From: Planctomycetota bacterium | GTDB taxonomy: Bacteria > Planctomycetota > PLA2 > JAEUHO01 | Direction: 5' to 3' | Assembly (NCBI GenBank): GCA_965222115.1 | Contig: CBDCTJ010000001.1 | Coordinates: 448,001 to 512,000 of the forward strand | Length of the DNA: 64,000 bases | In this document: positions 19,305 to 29,340 of the stretch, in pieces | Position numbering within the stretch: the first letter of the stretch is position 1 | Layout of the letters: each line of letters begins with the position of its first letter | Program-made: the position numbers and the translations under genes | The notes under the pieces: generated by a model | Told to the model about the DNA's origin: nothing | The model's database searches: none | Seen by the model: the letters and a program-made list of their open reading frames with translations, nothing else

Positions 19305-22076
19305 CTAACCGCCGCAGCTCGATTCCACTTCGTCAGAAAAATCGTGCCTCGGCACGCCCTCGAGTCGCGCTCTCTCGTCTTTCAATTCCACCATCCGCGT
19401 TGATAGTTTGCTTCGTTCTTCATTGGCCATTGCGCTGCCGTACGCTTCTTTGATCGTCTTGAGCTCGGCATCGATCGCCTTGATTCGGGCGGCGTCGATT
19501 GGAGATATGCGCGTCAATCGAATTTCAGCGCTTCCCTGACTGCCATGGGCGCGCATCTCTGCGGGTCGCATTCCCTCTCGCTCAGCCCAGACACCGATTG
19601 CAACCTGCGCGGTGTCAGCAAACGTTGCATTGCCTCCCTTGTCTGTGATCGCGCTACGTGACGAATACCGTCCCAGGATGACCAAATCGTCAGCAATTTC
19701 GTGGATGGATACACTTGCCCCCTTGACGGGATCTCCTTGTTCATCGAGCACGCGAACGCAAAACTCGCGGACTTCACGTAACTTGAGTTTGAGCCGTTGT
19801 TGCGTCGTACTCGCCGAGTCTTCGGCCGAGCCTTCTTCTAGTTTGAGCGATGCGCGACCTGACGCAAATCCCGGTAGACTGGCTATTGCCGTGATCGTAC
19901 CTGCGGGCAAGTTGCTTACTACCGCGGTTCCATCACCTCCCGAGAGTCGATCGGCAGTGGTTTCGCTGTACCCTGAGATGTGATCCCATCCCACGTCGTC
20001 CTCAGCGCTGACGTCAACTTCAATCGCCGCGCCCCTCGCGGGTTCACCGGAAGGTGTCTCGACATAGAGAGTGATTTCCCGGCCCCGACGCATCGCCAAC
20101 GTGGGTGCCTTCACGTCGGCACCCGGTGTCATCTTAAACGTCTCGGTTCGCGCATCTAAGAATCCTTGGCAGCGAGCAATCACGTGCCCCTCCATCCCCT
20201 CGGCGCCGCCCTCAATCGTGTAGTCGCCCTGGCTATTCGTAATGCTTGACGGGCCGCCGGTAAGCACATCCACATAGATGGACATATCAAACGACAGGTT
20301 CATACGCACGTGAACGCCGCCAAGTGGCTTGCCACCGGGTCCCACGACCCGACCCTGTATGACTGCTGACGGAACCAACACGATATCGTACTCGCTGCTT
20401 TCGGAACCGATTGGCTCGCCAGTGCCGGATCGCCGCGGAGCCTTGAAGCTCGAAACATAGCCAGGCGCCGAGGCCGTGAGCATTGCGCCAGACGGATTCA
20501 GTCCCTTCAATTCGTACTCGCCACGCTCATTACTCAATGCACTCGATATGCGTTGCCACATATCACCAAACGCAGCGACCTTTGCGCCAGCAAGAGGATT
20601 GCCGTCGGGATCTACGACTCGACCTGATAGCGCGATACCGGGACGAACATGAAACTCAAGCGTCGTTTCCGGCCCCTTAAGGGTCATGTCTTTGGGACCT
20701 GTGAACATCGCGTTGCCAGCTTCCGCGACTTGGCTCACGTTCTTGGAGAACTGGCCACGTCCGTAATGAGGGTGACTCACAAAGAGCATGCCCAGCTCAC
20801 CTGGCTCGGCCAAGAACTCGGCTTCGCCTCGCGCGTCGGTGATGGCACTACCAATGACCACATTCCCCTCCTTCGTGCCCGCGCTGCTACCGCACATGGC
20901 GGAAAGCACGGCGCCTTGCACCGGTACCCCGGTGTCCCATTCCAACAGACGCAACGTCACGCGCACGCCCCCTTCGAGTACAAACTCACGAGTCCCCTCC
21001 CACGTATCGACACCAAGGAGAGCCGTAGGGCGTCCGGGAGCGGTAGCAATGAGGCTCAGGTTCTCCGCAGCGGGCGGCGACTCGATAACGAACGTTCCAT
21101 CGTTTTTCGTATGCGCGAAGCGACGACCGAAAAATAGCGAATGCATGTTCTTGCTCTCGAAGCACGCCACACGACCCCATGCAATACCGCGCCCCATCTC
21201 GTCCACAAGACGACCACGCAGGGGCACTTGCGCAGTCAGTCTAACGTGAACAGTTCCCCCGGCGGCGCCACCGGACATGAGTACGATGTCTTTGAAGTGA
21301 ATTCGATAGCCTTCGCAGCGCGTTTGCAAAATCAATGGACCCGGATTGAGTCCTTCAACGCGGAAACGGCCCATGCGATCTGTGATTGTATGTTTCAGTG
21401 CGACTGTGTCCCTGTCCAATGTGGAAACCAACTCGGACATCTGTGACGACATGGCAAGAACCGAACGGCCGCCTCGAAGCACTTCAACAGTCGCGCCCTC
21501 AATCGGGCGGTCAGCTCCATCTACGACGACGCCCTCTAGTATGCCCTTCTTACCAAGCCAGAGCGTTCCAACTTCAGTCGTCTGGTTTGCTTCTACCGAA
21601 ACACCGGACGCTTGTGCGTCTAATCCTTCGGTAGACGCCACACTGAGTAGGTAATTCTCGCCTGCGGGTACGTTAGAGAACAAGAACGTGCCATCCTTCA
21701 AACTCATCGTCGATTGTTCGACAGCCTCTTTGCCATAGCCCATGCCTCGAAGACTCACCGCCGCTCTCGCCACGCCGTCAGATGTTCCGAAACGCATCAG
21801 ACGCCCCGTCACAGTTCCCTTCCCAACTCGTTCTTCACGCGCGAGCCCAAACAACACGGGCCCACTACTCGTGGCGTCGTCAACCGCGCCATCACTGACG
21901 CGGGACTTTTCATGAAGAAGCGCGTCATTCTCTTGCCCGTTCTCGGACGAGCTTCCCCACCATCCCATCTGTCGGGGAATTTCAGTCAGCGATAGCAACG
22001 CGACAATGGCTAGAACCGCGAGTAGAACCCAAAGCAACCTGTGCACGACGCGCCTCCCGTTCAACCGGCACAGCAT
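19305..22076 (-). CDS. Large multi-domain carboxypeptidase-regulatory-like surface protein (copy B)
   Basis: Collinear paralog of 15146-17941; ends ESSCGG. Confidence 0.8.
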   Translation of the reverse strand: MLCRLNGRRVVHRLLWVLLAVLAIVALLSLTEIPRQMGWWGSSSENGQENDALLHEKSRVSDGAVDDATSSGPVLFGLAREERVGKGTVTGRLMRFGTSDGVARAAVSLRGMGYGKEAVEQSTMSLKDGTFLFSNVPAGENYLLSVASTEGLDAQASGVSVEANQTTEVGTLWLGKKGILEGVVVDGADRPIEGATVEVLRGGRSVLAMSSQMSELVSTLDRDTVALKHTITDRMGRFRVEGLNPGPLILQTRCEGYRIHFKDIVLMSGGAAGGTVHVRLTAQVPLRGRLVDEMGRGIAWGRVACFESKNMHSLFFGRRFAHTKNDGTFVIESPPAAENLSLIATAPGRPTALLGVDTWEGTREFVLEGGVRVTLRLLEWDTGVPVQGAVLSAMCGSSAGTKEGNVVIGSAITDARGEAEFLAEPGELGMLFVSHPHYGRGQFSKNVSQVAEAGNAMFTGPKDMTLKGPETTLEFHVRPGIALSGRVVDPDGNPLAGAKVAAFGDMWQRISSALSNERGEYELKGLNPSGAMLTASAPGYVSSFKAPRRSGTGEPIGSESSEYDIVLVPSAVIQGRVVGPGGKPLGGVHVRMNLSFDMSIYVDVLTGGPSSITNSQGDYTIEGGAEGMEGHVIARCQGFLDARTETFKMTPGADVKAPTLAMRRGREITLYVETPSGEPARGAAIEVDVSAEDDVGWDHISGYSETTADRLSGGDGTAVVSNLPAGTITAIASLPGFASGRASLKLEEGSAEDSASTTQQRLKLKLREVREFCVRVLDEQGDPVKGASVSIHEIADDLVILGRYSSRSAITDKGGNATFADTAQVAIGVWAEREGMRPAEMRAHGSQGSAEIRLTRISPIDAARIKAIDAELKTIKEAYGSAMANEERSKLSTRMVELKDERARLEGVPRHDFSDEVESSCGG
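21743..21884. repeat. Near-identical direct repeat, copy 2
   Basis: Matches 17608-17749. Confidence 0.85.
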
Positions 22077-22200
22077 AGACTTATCTCAGAGCGTTTGCTC
22101 GGGGAACGCCAACCCTTCGTGCGTGGGCGCAATAATCAAGCCATCAGACGCATCCCCCAACGAGTACGGGTACGCTCGCCGCAGAAAGGACCTACCGATC

Positions 22201-22662
22201 ATGTTCGACAGCTTCACAGACAGGGCGCGCAAGACGATGGGCGAAGGCAGACTCGCCGCACTGAAGATGGGTCACGACTTCATTGACACCGAGCACATAC
22301 TGCTGGGCCTCCTCGCAACGGAGGGATGCGTCGGTATCGCCATGCTGGAGACACTGAGAGTAGACACATCGAAATTGGAAGAACGCGTGAAAGCGCTCGT
22401 CTCGCCGACTGGCGCATGTCCTGATTCCAGGTCACAACTTCCGTTCGTTTCGGACGCAAAGAGCGCGCTTGAGTATGCACTCCAGGAAGCGTCCGGCATG
22501 GGGCACAACTACATTGGAACGGAACATCTCTTGCTTGGCATGCTACGAGCAGAGGATGGAATCGCCTACAAGGCGCTGAACGCCATGGGAATCAATGCAA
22601 CCGATGTGCGAACGGAAGTGATTGAGCTTGTGGGCTTTGGGCCGGACACAGACTCGGACTGA
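22201..22662 (+). CDS. Stand-alone Clp N-terminal domain protein (153 aa)
   Basis: MFDSFTDRARK, IDTEHILLG, GHNYIGTEHLLLG; stop directly after the domain. Confidence 0.85.
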   Translation: MFDSFTDRARKTMGEGRLAALKMGHDFIDTEHILLGLLATEGCVGIAMLETLRVDTSKLEERVKALVSPTGACPDSRSQLPFVSDAKSALEYALQEASGMGHNYIGTEHLLLGMLRAEDGIAYKALNAMGINATDVRTEVIELVGFGPDTDSD

Positions 22663-22770
22663 CAAAGCAGCGTGCGAGTACCGTGGGTGACGAGCATTAT
22701 TGGAGTATGCGCACGCAAGAAGGCGAGGCGTGCCATTGCGGTCATCAGGGGCATCTGTGGGGGCGGGGGT

Positions 22771-22803
22771 GACCAGGTGGCACGCTCTGAGGGTGGCAGA
22801 TCA
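22771..22803. mobile_element. Solo terminal inverted repeat of the IS3-family element
   Basis: 30/33 identical to the IS end at 31251-31283; no transposase attached. Confidence 0.8.
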
Positions 22804-22960
22804 CTGGAAATAGGGGTTGATATTGGCCTTTCCTGATCGTCGCCGAGAGGCGGCAGAAAGGGAGACGATGTCAACGCTAAAAAAAGCCCGGTCGCGAGGC
22901 ATCGGAACGTGGGCGCAAGGGCGAGTCAATTGGAGCGGATTCGGGGCGAATCACCGAGAG

Positions 22961-24370
22961 CTAGTCGTCCGTAACTATCAGCGGCATAGTGCCAGCCTTG
23001 GAGCCCGGATTGCTGAGTCGCAAACTCACCGTGCCACCCAACGAATTCGGGTCTGCAAACGGACCGAAATCAATGGTTACTTCTGAATCGGATATCCAAG
23101 TCAAGGTTCCGGTCGGCAAGGTGTCCGTGCCGCGTACAAGCTGAAACGAAATCGCAGGTGTAAAGTGCTTTCCCTTGATCGTCACGATCGTGTTGGTTGT
23201 ATTGCTAACGTGCCTCGGCGTATAGCTCTCGATTGTGGGACTCGGTGAGGGTGAAACGACGTAGTTCATTCCGACTTCTGTAGGTGAGACAATCAGGCCA
23301 ATTTGCTCACCCGCAACCAAGGAACGAGAAAGTGCAATGCTCTGCATTCGACTCGTAATTTGGGACGAAGCCAACTGCTCTCCGATCACAAGATTCGGTG
23401 AACTCCCCGTAACGACGCTAACAGTAGCCGTGGTGCCAATGGCTTGATCGACGATCACCGCATTGGAGCCCCCATACACGCTCTTCTCTTCAAGATAGGG
23501 CACCGGCGTTCCAGCCCAGTTCCCCTTCGTTTCAAACACACCATCTCCATCCACGTCGAAGAAAGCTGAGTGCCCTTCGATCTGTCGTGAGTCTGGACCG
23601 TACACTCCGCTGCTTGCGGACCTCATTGCCAGAATTCCAGCTTGAGACGAGTCGCGAAGAAAGTGAATACCAACTATCGAAATCTCACCCGTAACCAGAT
23701 CACCACAGAAGTCGGGATACGAGATTGCTGGCGATGTGGCGAGTGTATCGGGTACGCCATCTGAGTCACTGTCGTCAACTCGCAAGACCTCAAAGTTGTG
23801 AACGTCAGATACGTACAAACGACCCAAATCGACGTCAAACGTCACGCCCATGTAACGAGTATTCGATTGAGTGCTGACGATTGTTTGAACGGTACTTGGA
23901 TCAAAATCCTCGCCATTTAGATTGCCCCAGACGCAAACCACCTTGCTCTCATTGGACACTGAATTCCAAGCGGAAATGAATGTCACGACGCCGCTGTGTA
24001 CAGTCGGGTTTGGCCCAGCGCCCAAGGACGACAAATATGCCGCGGTTACGACGAACGGAGATACGTCTAGCGTTCGGACCTCGCCCGTGCGGCCCCTCCA
24101 AGTCAAGCTCGAATTGTCTCCCCCGGTCGTATACCTAAAGCTAGCATCACCGTACAAATCCGAGCACGGAGTTGTGTCCAACCATAGAGCGTTATTCGCC
24201 GTATCAAGAAATTGACCATGAGGATCTGTTTCAGATTGATACTTGTTCCAGTAGCTAACTGCGGTGGCCTCAGACGTATCTGGGCTCGATTTAACAATGG
24301 AGTCTGAAACCCCGCATGCAAGCTGACACACAGCCGCGACGATCACTACTGCCGTTACTAAGTGCTTCAT
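22961..24370 (-). CDS. Lipoprotein with DxDxDG motifs and C-terminal IPT/TIG-like domain
   Basis: Lipobox QLAC; DSDSDGVPD and DVDGDG; PTIESYTP...VTIKGKHF. Confidence 0.7.
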   Translation of the reverse strand: MKHLVTAVVIVAAVCQLACGVSDSIVKSSPDTSEATAVSYWNKYQSETDPHGQFLDTANNALWLDTTPCSDLYGDASFRYTTGGDNSSLTWRGRTGEVRTLDVSPFVVTAAYLSSLGAGPNPTVHSGVVTFISAWNSVSNESKVVCVWGNLNGEDFDPSTVQTIVSTQSNTRYMGVTFDVDLGRLYVSDVHNFEVLRVDDSDSDGVPDTLATSPAISYPDFCGDLVTGEISIVGIHFLRDSSQAGILAMRSASSGVYGPDSRQIEGHSAFFDVDGDGVFETKGNWAGTPVPYLEEKSVYGGSNAVIVDQAIGTTATVSVVTGSSPNLVIGEQLASSQITSRMQSIALSRSLVAGEQIGLIVSPTEVGMNYVVSPSPSPTIESYTPRHVSNTTNTIVTIKGKHFTPAISFQLVRGTDTLPTGTLTWISDSEVTIDFGPFADPNSLGGTVSLRLSNPGSKAGTMPLIVTDD

Positions 24371-24419
24371 TGTGAAAGCTCTCCAATCCTTTTACTGGAA
24401 TCCGATACTAGGCCCCGAT

Positions 24420-25415
24420 CTAGTAGACTGGGCCGTGCGGGATGATGAACTGCAGATAGTCGTGAATAATCTGACACTTTGGATCCTTAGACGCTTGTAT
24501 GTCGCTAATATTCTTGCCAATTGTTGTCTGGAGCCATGCGTCCAGCCCTTGCCGGTCAGCAGTAGTTATGGCGTTAACATACCCAGAAGGAGTCCCACCG
24601 GAACCACCGAAAACCTTGTCGTAGCAAGTAAGGAACTGATTCTTTAGATCGACGGCTGTAATATAATACCAACCAATGTTCTCGAATACTGGGAACGGAT
24701 CACCTCCTTCTGATTCCACGTATTCTGCCTGCCTCTCGAATGCCTCTTGCTCAAGCGGTAAGCGGTCTATGAATGTGCATTGCGCTGCCATTCTCAAGGC
24801 ACACTTCGCCAGGGCGCAAGCCTCCCATGTGTCCCAGCTTTGTCCGTCCGTTGGCCTTGTCGCCGGTGGGGTTGTATTCTGGGATGGGGCAAGCGTGATA
24901 AGACCGGCTCGATCTTGATCTTCGTGAACTTTTTCATGGACTAGCGTCGACTTGAGTTTCCTCACTATTTCATCTTTTTGCATGCCCGTGATCGGTACGC
25001 CGCCAGGAGCAGTACAAGGGAAGCACTTAGGAGAAATCGCCAGACTCTTCGTGGATGGATCGTATGCCCCTCGTGCTCTCGAAGGGCGATAGCGATCGGT
25101 CATTATGCAGATCTGTGCCTGGCTTGCGCTTGGCGCAGCCAGCAGCTTGCATATCCATTTCTTGACATCCAATGGGAGGCAGTTCTTGAAATTCGTCGAA
25201 TTCAAGAATGTGCTTATGCAGTTGGCTTGAGCCTGGGACACTCCGCTACCAGCAGCACCAACATTCACTAGGCCACCACCAGAATTAGAGCCCCCTGCAT
25301 ACGATGCTCTCAACCCAATCGACGCAAAGAACAACAACAAAGTCGCCTGAGTACAAGTTCGAATCACGATCCTGCAACGACCCACTTTCGAACCGTCGTT
25401 CGCGTTCCTATACAT
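24420..25415 (-). CDS. Secreted Cys-rich putative zinc metallopeptidase
   Basis: Signal-like N-terminus; TLVHEKVH motif plus downstream EQEAF; about 11 Cys in the mature part. Confidence 0.6.
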   Translation of the reverse strand: MYRNANDGSKVGRCRIVIRTCTQATLLLFFASIGLRASYAGGSNSGGGLVNVGAAGSGVSQAQANCISTFLNSTNFKNCLPLDVKKWICKLLAAPSASQAQICIMTDRYRPSRARGAYDPSTKSLAISPKCFPCTAPGGVPITGMQKDEIVRKLKSTLVHEKVHEDQDRAGLITLAPSQNTTPPATRPTDGQSWDTWEACALAKCALRMAAQCTFIDRLPLEQEAFERQAEYVESEGGDPFPVFENIGWYYITAVDLKNQFLTCYDKVFGGSGGTPSGYVNAITTADRQGLDAWLQTTIGKNISDIQASKDPKCQIIHDYLQFIIPHGPVY

Positions 25416-25900
25416 GAAAATCTCCCAAGGTCACTTGAAGGTACGATGCTCTTGCACGCATCTAAGTCAGGTTCTCGCTTAGCGAAAAGGCGATTCTACG
25501 TCCCCAAATCCAACCCTCTTGCCCGGCATTTGCATCCTGTGATGTCTTCGCGAGTCGACGAATAGCTTGTGTCATGATCTATCCCCGAATATTGGCTGCC
25601 AGTGGCCAATGCCGACTTTCATCAACTCAACCACTTGCTCACTAAGCTAACGCTGCACATGGATTCGTCAACTTAGACACAAGAGGCCAGATATCTCGGC
25701 TGTCAACGCACTCATGCGTAACGGAAGAATCACGCTTGGTCTCAAAGATGAAGCGCATGGCATGCAATGAGACAGTTCTTCAAGCACGCCAATTCGACTC
25801 TTTGATCACCTCGCGTTCCAAATCTACTGCCTCATTGACAGCAAAGCGCACATTAGAGTAAGACCTAGTTGCGTCACAGGACCGGAGCGAAGGGATTCTC

Positions 25901-26260
25901 ATGGCAGCACTCCTCTCAGAAAATATGTTCGGCCACTGGGCGCATCTTGTCGATGGACTCAAGATCAAGCCAAGCTCGCTATACAACAAGGTTGCTTCAC
26001 AAGTAGCAGACCGCGGTCTTCCCAAGGCCAAGCTTCGCTCACTTTCCCTCAAGATCGGCGGCGCGTTCTCAGGCAAACGCGAGTACCTACAGATCAAACG
26101 GGGAGAACATGTGTTCCTGCTTTGTGCCGCGCCCTTTGGCGAAGGCTTCTTTGTGTCCTGGCGCCACTTCAGCACTATTGGTGTCTGGCGTGCTTTCTTT
26201 TCACAGATACCCATCGTAGGGAGATTGCTCTTTCGAACTTTTACGCCCTTTAGAGGCTGA
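25901..26260 (+). CDS. Hypothetical protein, possibly C-terminally truncated
   Basis: Protein-like motifs GGAFSGKREYL and CAAPFGEGFFVSW; ends abruptly in TGATGA. Confidence 0.55.
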   Translation: MAALLSENMFGHWAHLVDGLKIKPSSLYNKVASQVADRGLPKAKLRSLSLKIGGAFSGKREYLQIKRGEHVFLLCAAPFGEGFFVSWRHFSTIGVWRAFFSQIPIVGRLLFRTFTPFRG

Positions 26261-26342
26261 TGAACCTCCAACGACTAACCAATTTGGACGCATGCTTAGC
26301 GCATGACCGAACGATGCGTGCGAGTCCAAATTGCTTCGCCCA

Positions 26343-26813
26343 TCAGTGCAACCGACTCGGCTCGATGGATTCGCCCGACGCGTCGCGCATAAGATTCTTG
26401 AGTTCGGGGACCTGCTTGGCGCCCACGCGAATGGTGCCTGTGATGGTGGCGCCCTTTTCAATTTTGATTGAGGGCGCGCGCAAGTCGCCATTGATTTTGG
26501 CGGTCTTTGAAACGTAGATCGAAACCATGGCCAACGCATCGCCCTGCAAGAACCCGTCGATGCGAATGCTCTCGGCGCGCAAAGAGGCGTAGACGAGGCC
26601 CTTCTTGCGAATGTGCATATCGTTGGCGATGTAATACTTGCGAACCGCCACGTACTCTTTGATGACGGCGGCTTCGGTAATCACGCGCTTGTGGCACGAC
26701 GTGCAGCTGACAGATTTCGCCCCTGCTGCAATGAGCAGCGGCTCATCGCAGTTGGTGCAGAGAATCCGGCGCTGTTGCCCCTTGGAGGGTCGCCCTTTTT
26801 TGGGCATCGCCAC
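26343..26813 (-). CDS. Bactofilin with N-terminal zinc ribbon
   Basis: CTNC...CTSC, then beta-helix repeats (IRIDGFLQGD, KINGDLRAPSIKIEKGATITG). Confidence 0.8.
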   Translation of the reverse strand: MAMPKKGRPSKGQQRRILCTNCDEPLLIAAGAKSVSCTSCHKRVITEAAVIKEYVAVRKYYIANDMHIRKKGLVYASLRAESIRIDGFLQGDALAMVSIYVSKTAKINGDLRAPSIKIEKGATITGTIRVGAKQVPELKNLMRDASGESIEPSRLH

Positions 26814-26974
26814 AACCTCGCTAGGCGTTCACGACTGCATGGTGTTTATGCAACGCGAGCGCACCGCAAAAGTAACGCGATCGCCGCACCACGCAGACAC
26901 GGCGATCGCTTGGAACTCCCGTTCCCAAATCACGATAGAAGCGTTCAAGAAACGAGTGTGTGCAAATACGAGGG

Positions 26975-27385
26975 CTACTTTCGACCCGAAGCCGCAGCCT
27001 GCACTTGCTTCATGGGCGAAGCGGTTGAGGACCCAGCCTTGCCGGCACCCGGGCCCACCTCACAGCGTCCCACGAAGGTCGCGCCTTCTTGAACCTGCAT
27101 GGTCTTGGCCTTGAGATCGCCCATGAGCTTGCCGCTCGAGTTGAGCTGCACGCGCTCACTGGCCACCACGTTGCCGCTGATGACCCCGTCGAGCTCAATG
27201 CTGCCCGCACGAACTTCGGCTTTCACCTTGCCCTTGCGACTGACATACACGGTGCCGGCCGACTGAATGCCGCCTTCAAACGTGCCGTCGATCTGCACGC
27301 TCCCCTGGAACGTAAGTTCACCCTTAAACACGGCGTCGGAACCGATCACCGTGGGCGTGTCCGTTGTCTTCTTGGCGTCCGCCAC
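26975..27385 (-). CDS. Bactofilin (polymer-forming cytoskeletal protein, CcmA family)
   Basis: AGGAGG RBS with GTG; TVIGSDAVFKGELTFQGSVQIDG...VQEGATFVGRC. Confidence 0.9.
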   Translation of the reverse strand: MADAKKTTDTPTVIGSDAVFKGELTFQGSVQIDGTFEGGIQSAGTVYVSRKGKVKAEVRAGSIELDGVISGNVVASERVQLNSSGKLMGDLKAKTMQVQEGATFVGRCEVGPGAGKAGSSTASPMKQVQAAASGRK

Positions 27386-27696
27386 GATGGCTTCCTCCTT
27401 CTTGCAGGACTTCCGATGATGAACAAACGTCATCCAGAAAGCGCGCTGCGATGTTTGCCATGACTGAAGCACCACTACGAGTGCTTTCGTGCGGCGGAAC
27501 ATAACAACCCCCACCCCCGCTCTCGCGGACCCGACGCCGACCCTCCGAGGGCGCAAGAGTTACGCCTCCGCAGCCCCATGTGTCGCTCACAAGCCCCCTA
27601 CACCTGACGTCGTTCACCCGCAAAAGGACATGATTTTTGCCCGCCAGCCATACCCCACACACGTTTCTAGCTTCTACATCTACCGAGGAGCCTCCC

Positions 27697-28473
27697 GTGT
27701 CGCCCAAACTACCCGCCATTGCCATGCACTTACGGTCCCTGCCCATTGCAGTCGCCACAGTCGCACTCTTTCTTTGCGCCACGTCAACATTCGCAAACGA
27801 GAAGCCAAACGTCACGCCCCCAGCAAGCGCCGAGAACACGGATCAGATCGTGAAAGCCATACCGGGGCTTCACAAGGGCTCGCTCATCGACATCGCCAAG
27901 CACATGCACACCATGGAATACCGCAATGCACACGGTCGCGTGTTTGTCGCCTGGTACAACCCGTTCTCCGGTCGCGCCGCCTGTTTCGTGCATGCGTATC
28001 GCTACAACACCGCAAAGAAGCAGTGGACGCGCTACCTCACCAAGCTCGTGGAAGGCGCCATTTCATTATCCGTTGAAACCGCCCACGACCGTGTGCGCGT
28101 ACGCAACCACAAAGGGGACATCGTCTACGAACAACGCTCCCACCACAGCGAATCCGAAGTCGCCGACGCCATCCGCGCCGGAAAACTCGGCCCCGCCCTC
28201 GCCAAGGCCGCTCGTGAATCTGGGACTGTCCACGTCGCCGAACTCGAACTCCCCGACATTCCCTGCCGCGTCTTCCACGCCACGATGGGCACCACCGGCG
28301 CCACGATTCTCGACGATCGCGGGAAGCTCAAAGAGCTCTGTACAGCGACGAATGGCGGGCTTGCCGAGGCGTTCGCGATGTCGCAGAAGAATAGTCGCGA
28401 ATTGGTGACGTATCGTTACAAGGTGAATGCGAAGGAGAGTAAGGCGGGGGAGTATGTGTTGAGTGAGGAATAG
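27697..28473 (+). CDS. Secreted hypothetical protein
   Basis: GAGGAG RBS; signal peptide ending TSTFA; coding-like codon bias. Confidence 0.65.
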   Translation: MSPKLPAIAMHLRSLPIAVATVALFLCATSTFANEKPNVTPPASAENTDQIVKAIPGLHKGSLIDIAKHMHTMEYRNAHGRVFVAWYNPFSGRAACFVHAYRYNTAKKQWTRYLTKLVEGAISLSVETAHDRVRVRNHKGDIVYEQRSHHSESEVADAIRAGKLGPALAKAARESGTVHVAELELPDIPCRVFHATMGTTGATILDDRGKLKELCTATNGGLAEAFAMSQKNSRELVTYRYKVNAKESKAGEYVLSEE

Positions 28474-28731
28474 CACAAGCCTCGCCGCGAAATGGGCAAG
28501 TATTACGCGCCCTTCTCCGATCGTTCTACGGGCACGGGCGGTAGCTTGGTGTCGCGCAGTTTGGCAGGGTTCTCGTCGGGATCCGGGCCGCCACCCGAGA
28601 CTTGCCTGGACACTCTCTCCTTGAGCGCCCCATTTCATGCGTACCTGCCTGGAATTCTCTAGCGCCCCCCCAGTTTCGACATGACTCAGCGCACCTAAAT
28701 AGGAACCGTTGTGGTTTCCGGGAGCTTTGCC

Positions 28732-29217
28732 ATGAAGAAGACCTTCATCATCGTGATCTTTCTTGCGCGGGCAGTTGCAACGGGCTTTGCCTTCGAGCGA
28801 GACGTTGTTCGCCAACTGCTTTCCAACGATCCTCAAGAGTCGAGCAGCAGGCATAGGAATTACAGAAGTCCGATAGTTCCCAGGCGCACGCCGGTTCGCG
28901 CGTCGTCTCGCACGCTCACGCCATCTTCGAACTTGCCTGCGCCAAAGGTGAGATCATTGCAAGTGTTCAAGCCTGCCCCGTCGTCCTCACTACGACCACC
29001 GCTACGAAGTTATGGAAATCCACCGGGCGTCTCGCCTTCACCGATTGTCCGGAAGCCACTAGTAGTGCAGGGCGCGCTTCCCTCGCGTAGATTTGGTCCC
29101 GAGCCTCAAGTTTCGTTCGGGGCTTGCGCACCGACACTCGTGCGTCGCCCGGCTCCGATAATGCCTTGCGTTCGTGTCAGACCGCGTCGAATCCATTGTG
29201 GCGCCGCATCAAGATAG
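28732..29217 (+). CDS. Possible secreted Pro/Arg-rich hypothetical protein
   Basis: GGAG RBS plus MKKTFIIVIFLA; remainder is low complexity. Confidence 0.3.
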   Translation: MKKTFIIVIFLARAVATGFAFERDVVRQLLSNDPQESSSRHRNYRSPIVPRRTPVRASSRTLTPSSNLPAPKVRSLQVFKPAPSSSLRPPLRSYGNPPGVSPSPIVRKPLVVQGALPSRRFGPEPQVSFGACAPTLVRRPAPIMPCVRVRPRRIHCGAASR

Positions 29218-29340
29218 CGTAAGTCGATCAGTATTCTTGCGTACCAGTGCAGGCGAAGGCGCTTGAGCATGCGGTGCCGTCACCTCATTTCCCGCATGGG
29301 CCTGCTAGACTCCCGACGAACATCGAAAAGGAGCCGCACG

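Noticed and set aside
18058-22662. Calling these genes clpC or clpB
   Set aside because: No Walker A/B motifs or AAA+ domains.
26258-26263. Sec read-through at TGATGA ending ORF 25901-26260
   Set aside because: Double stop, TAA follows within five codons, and there is no Cys context.
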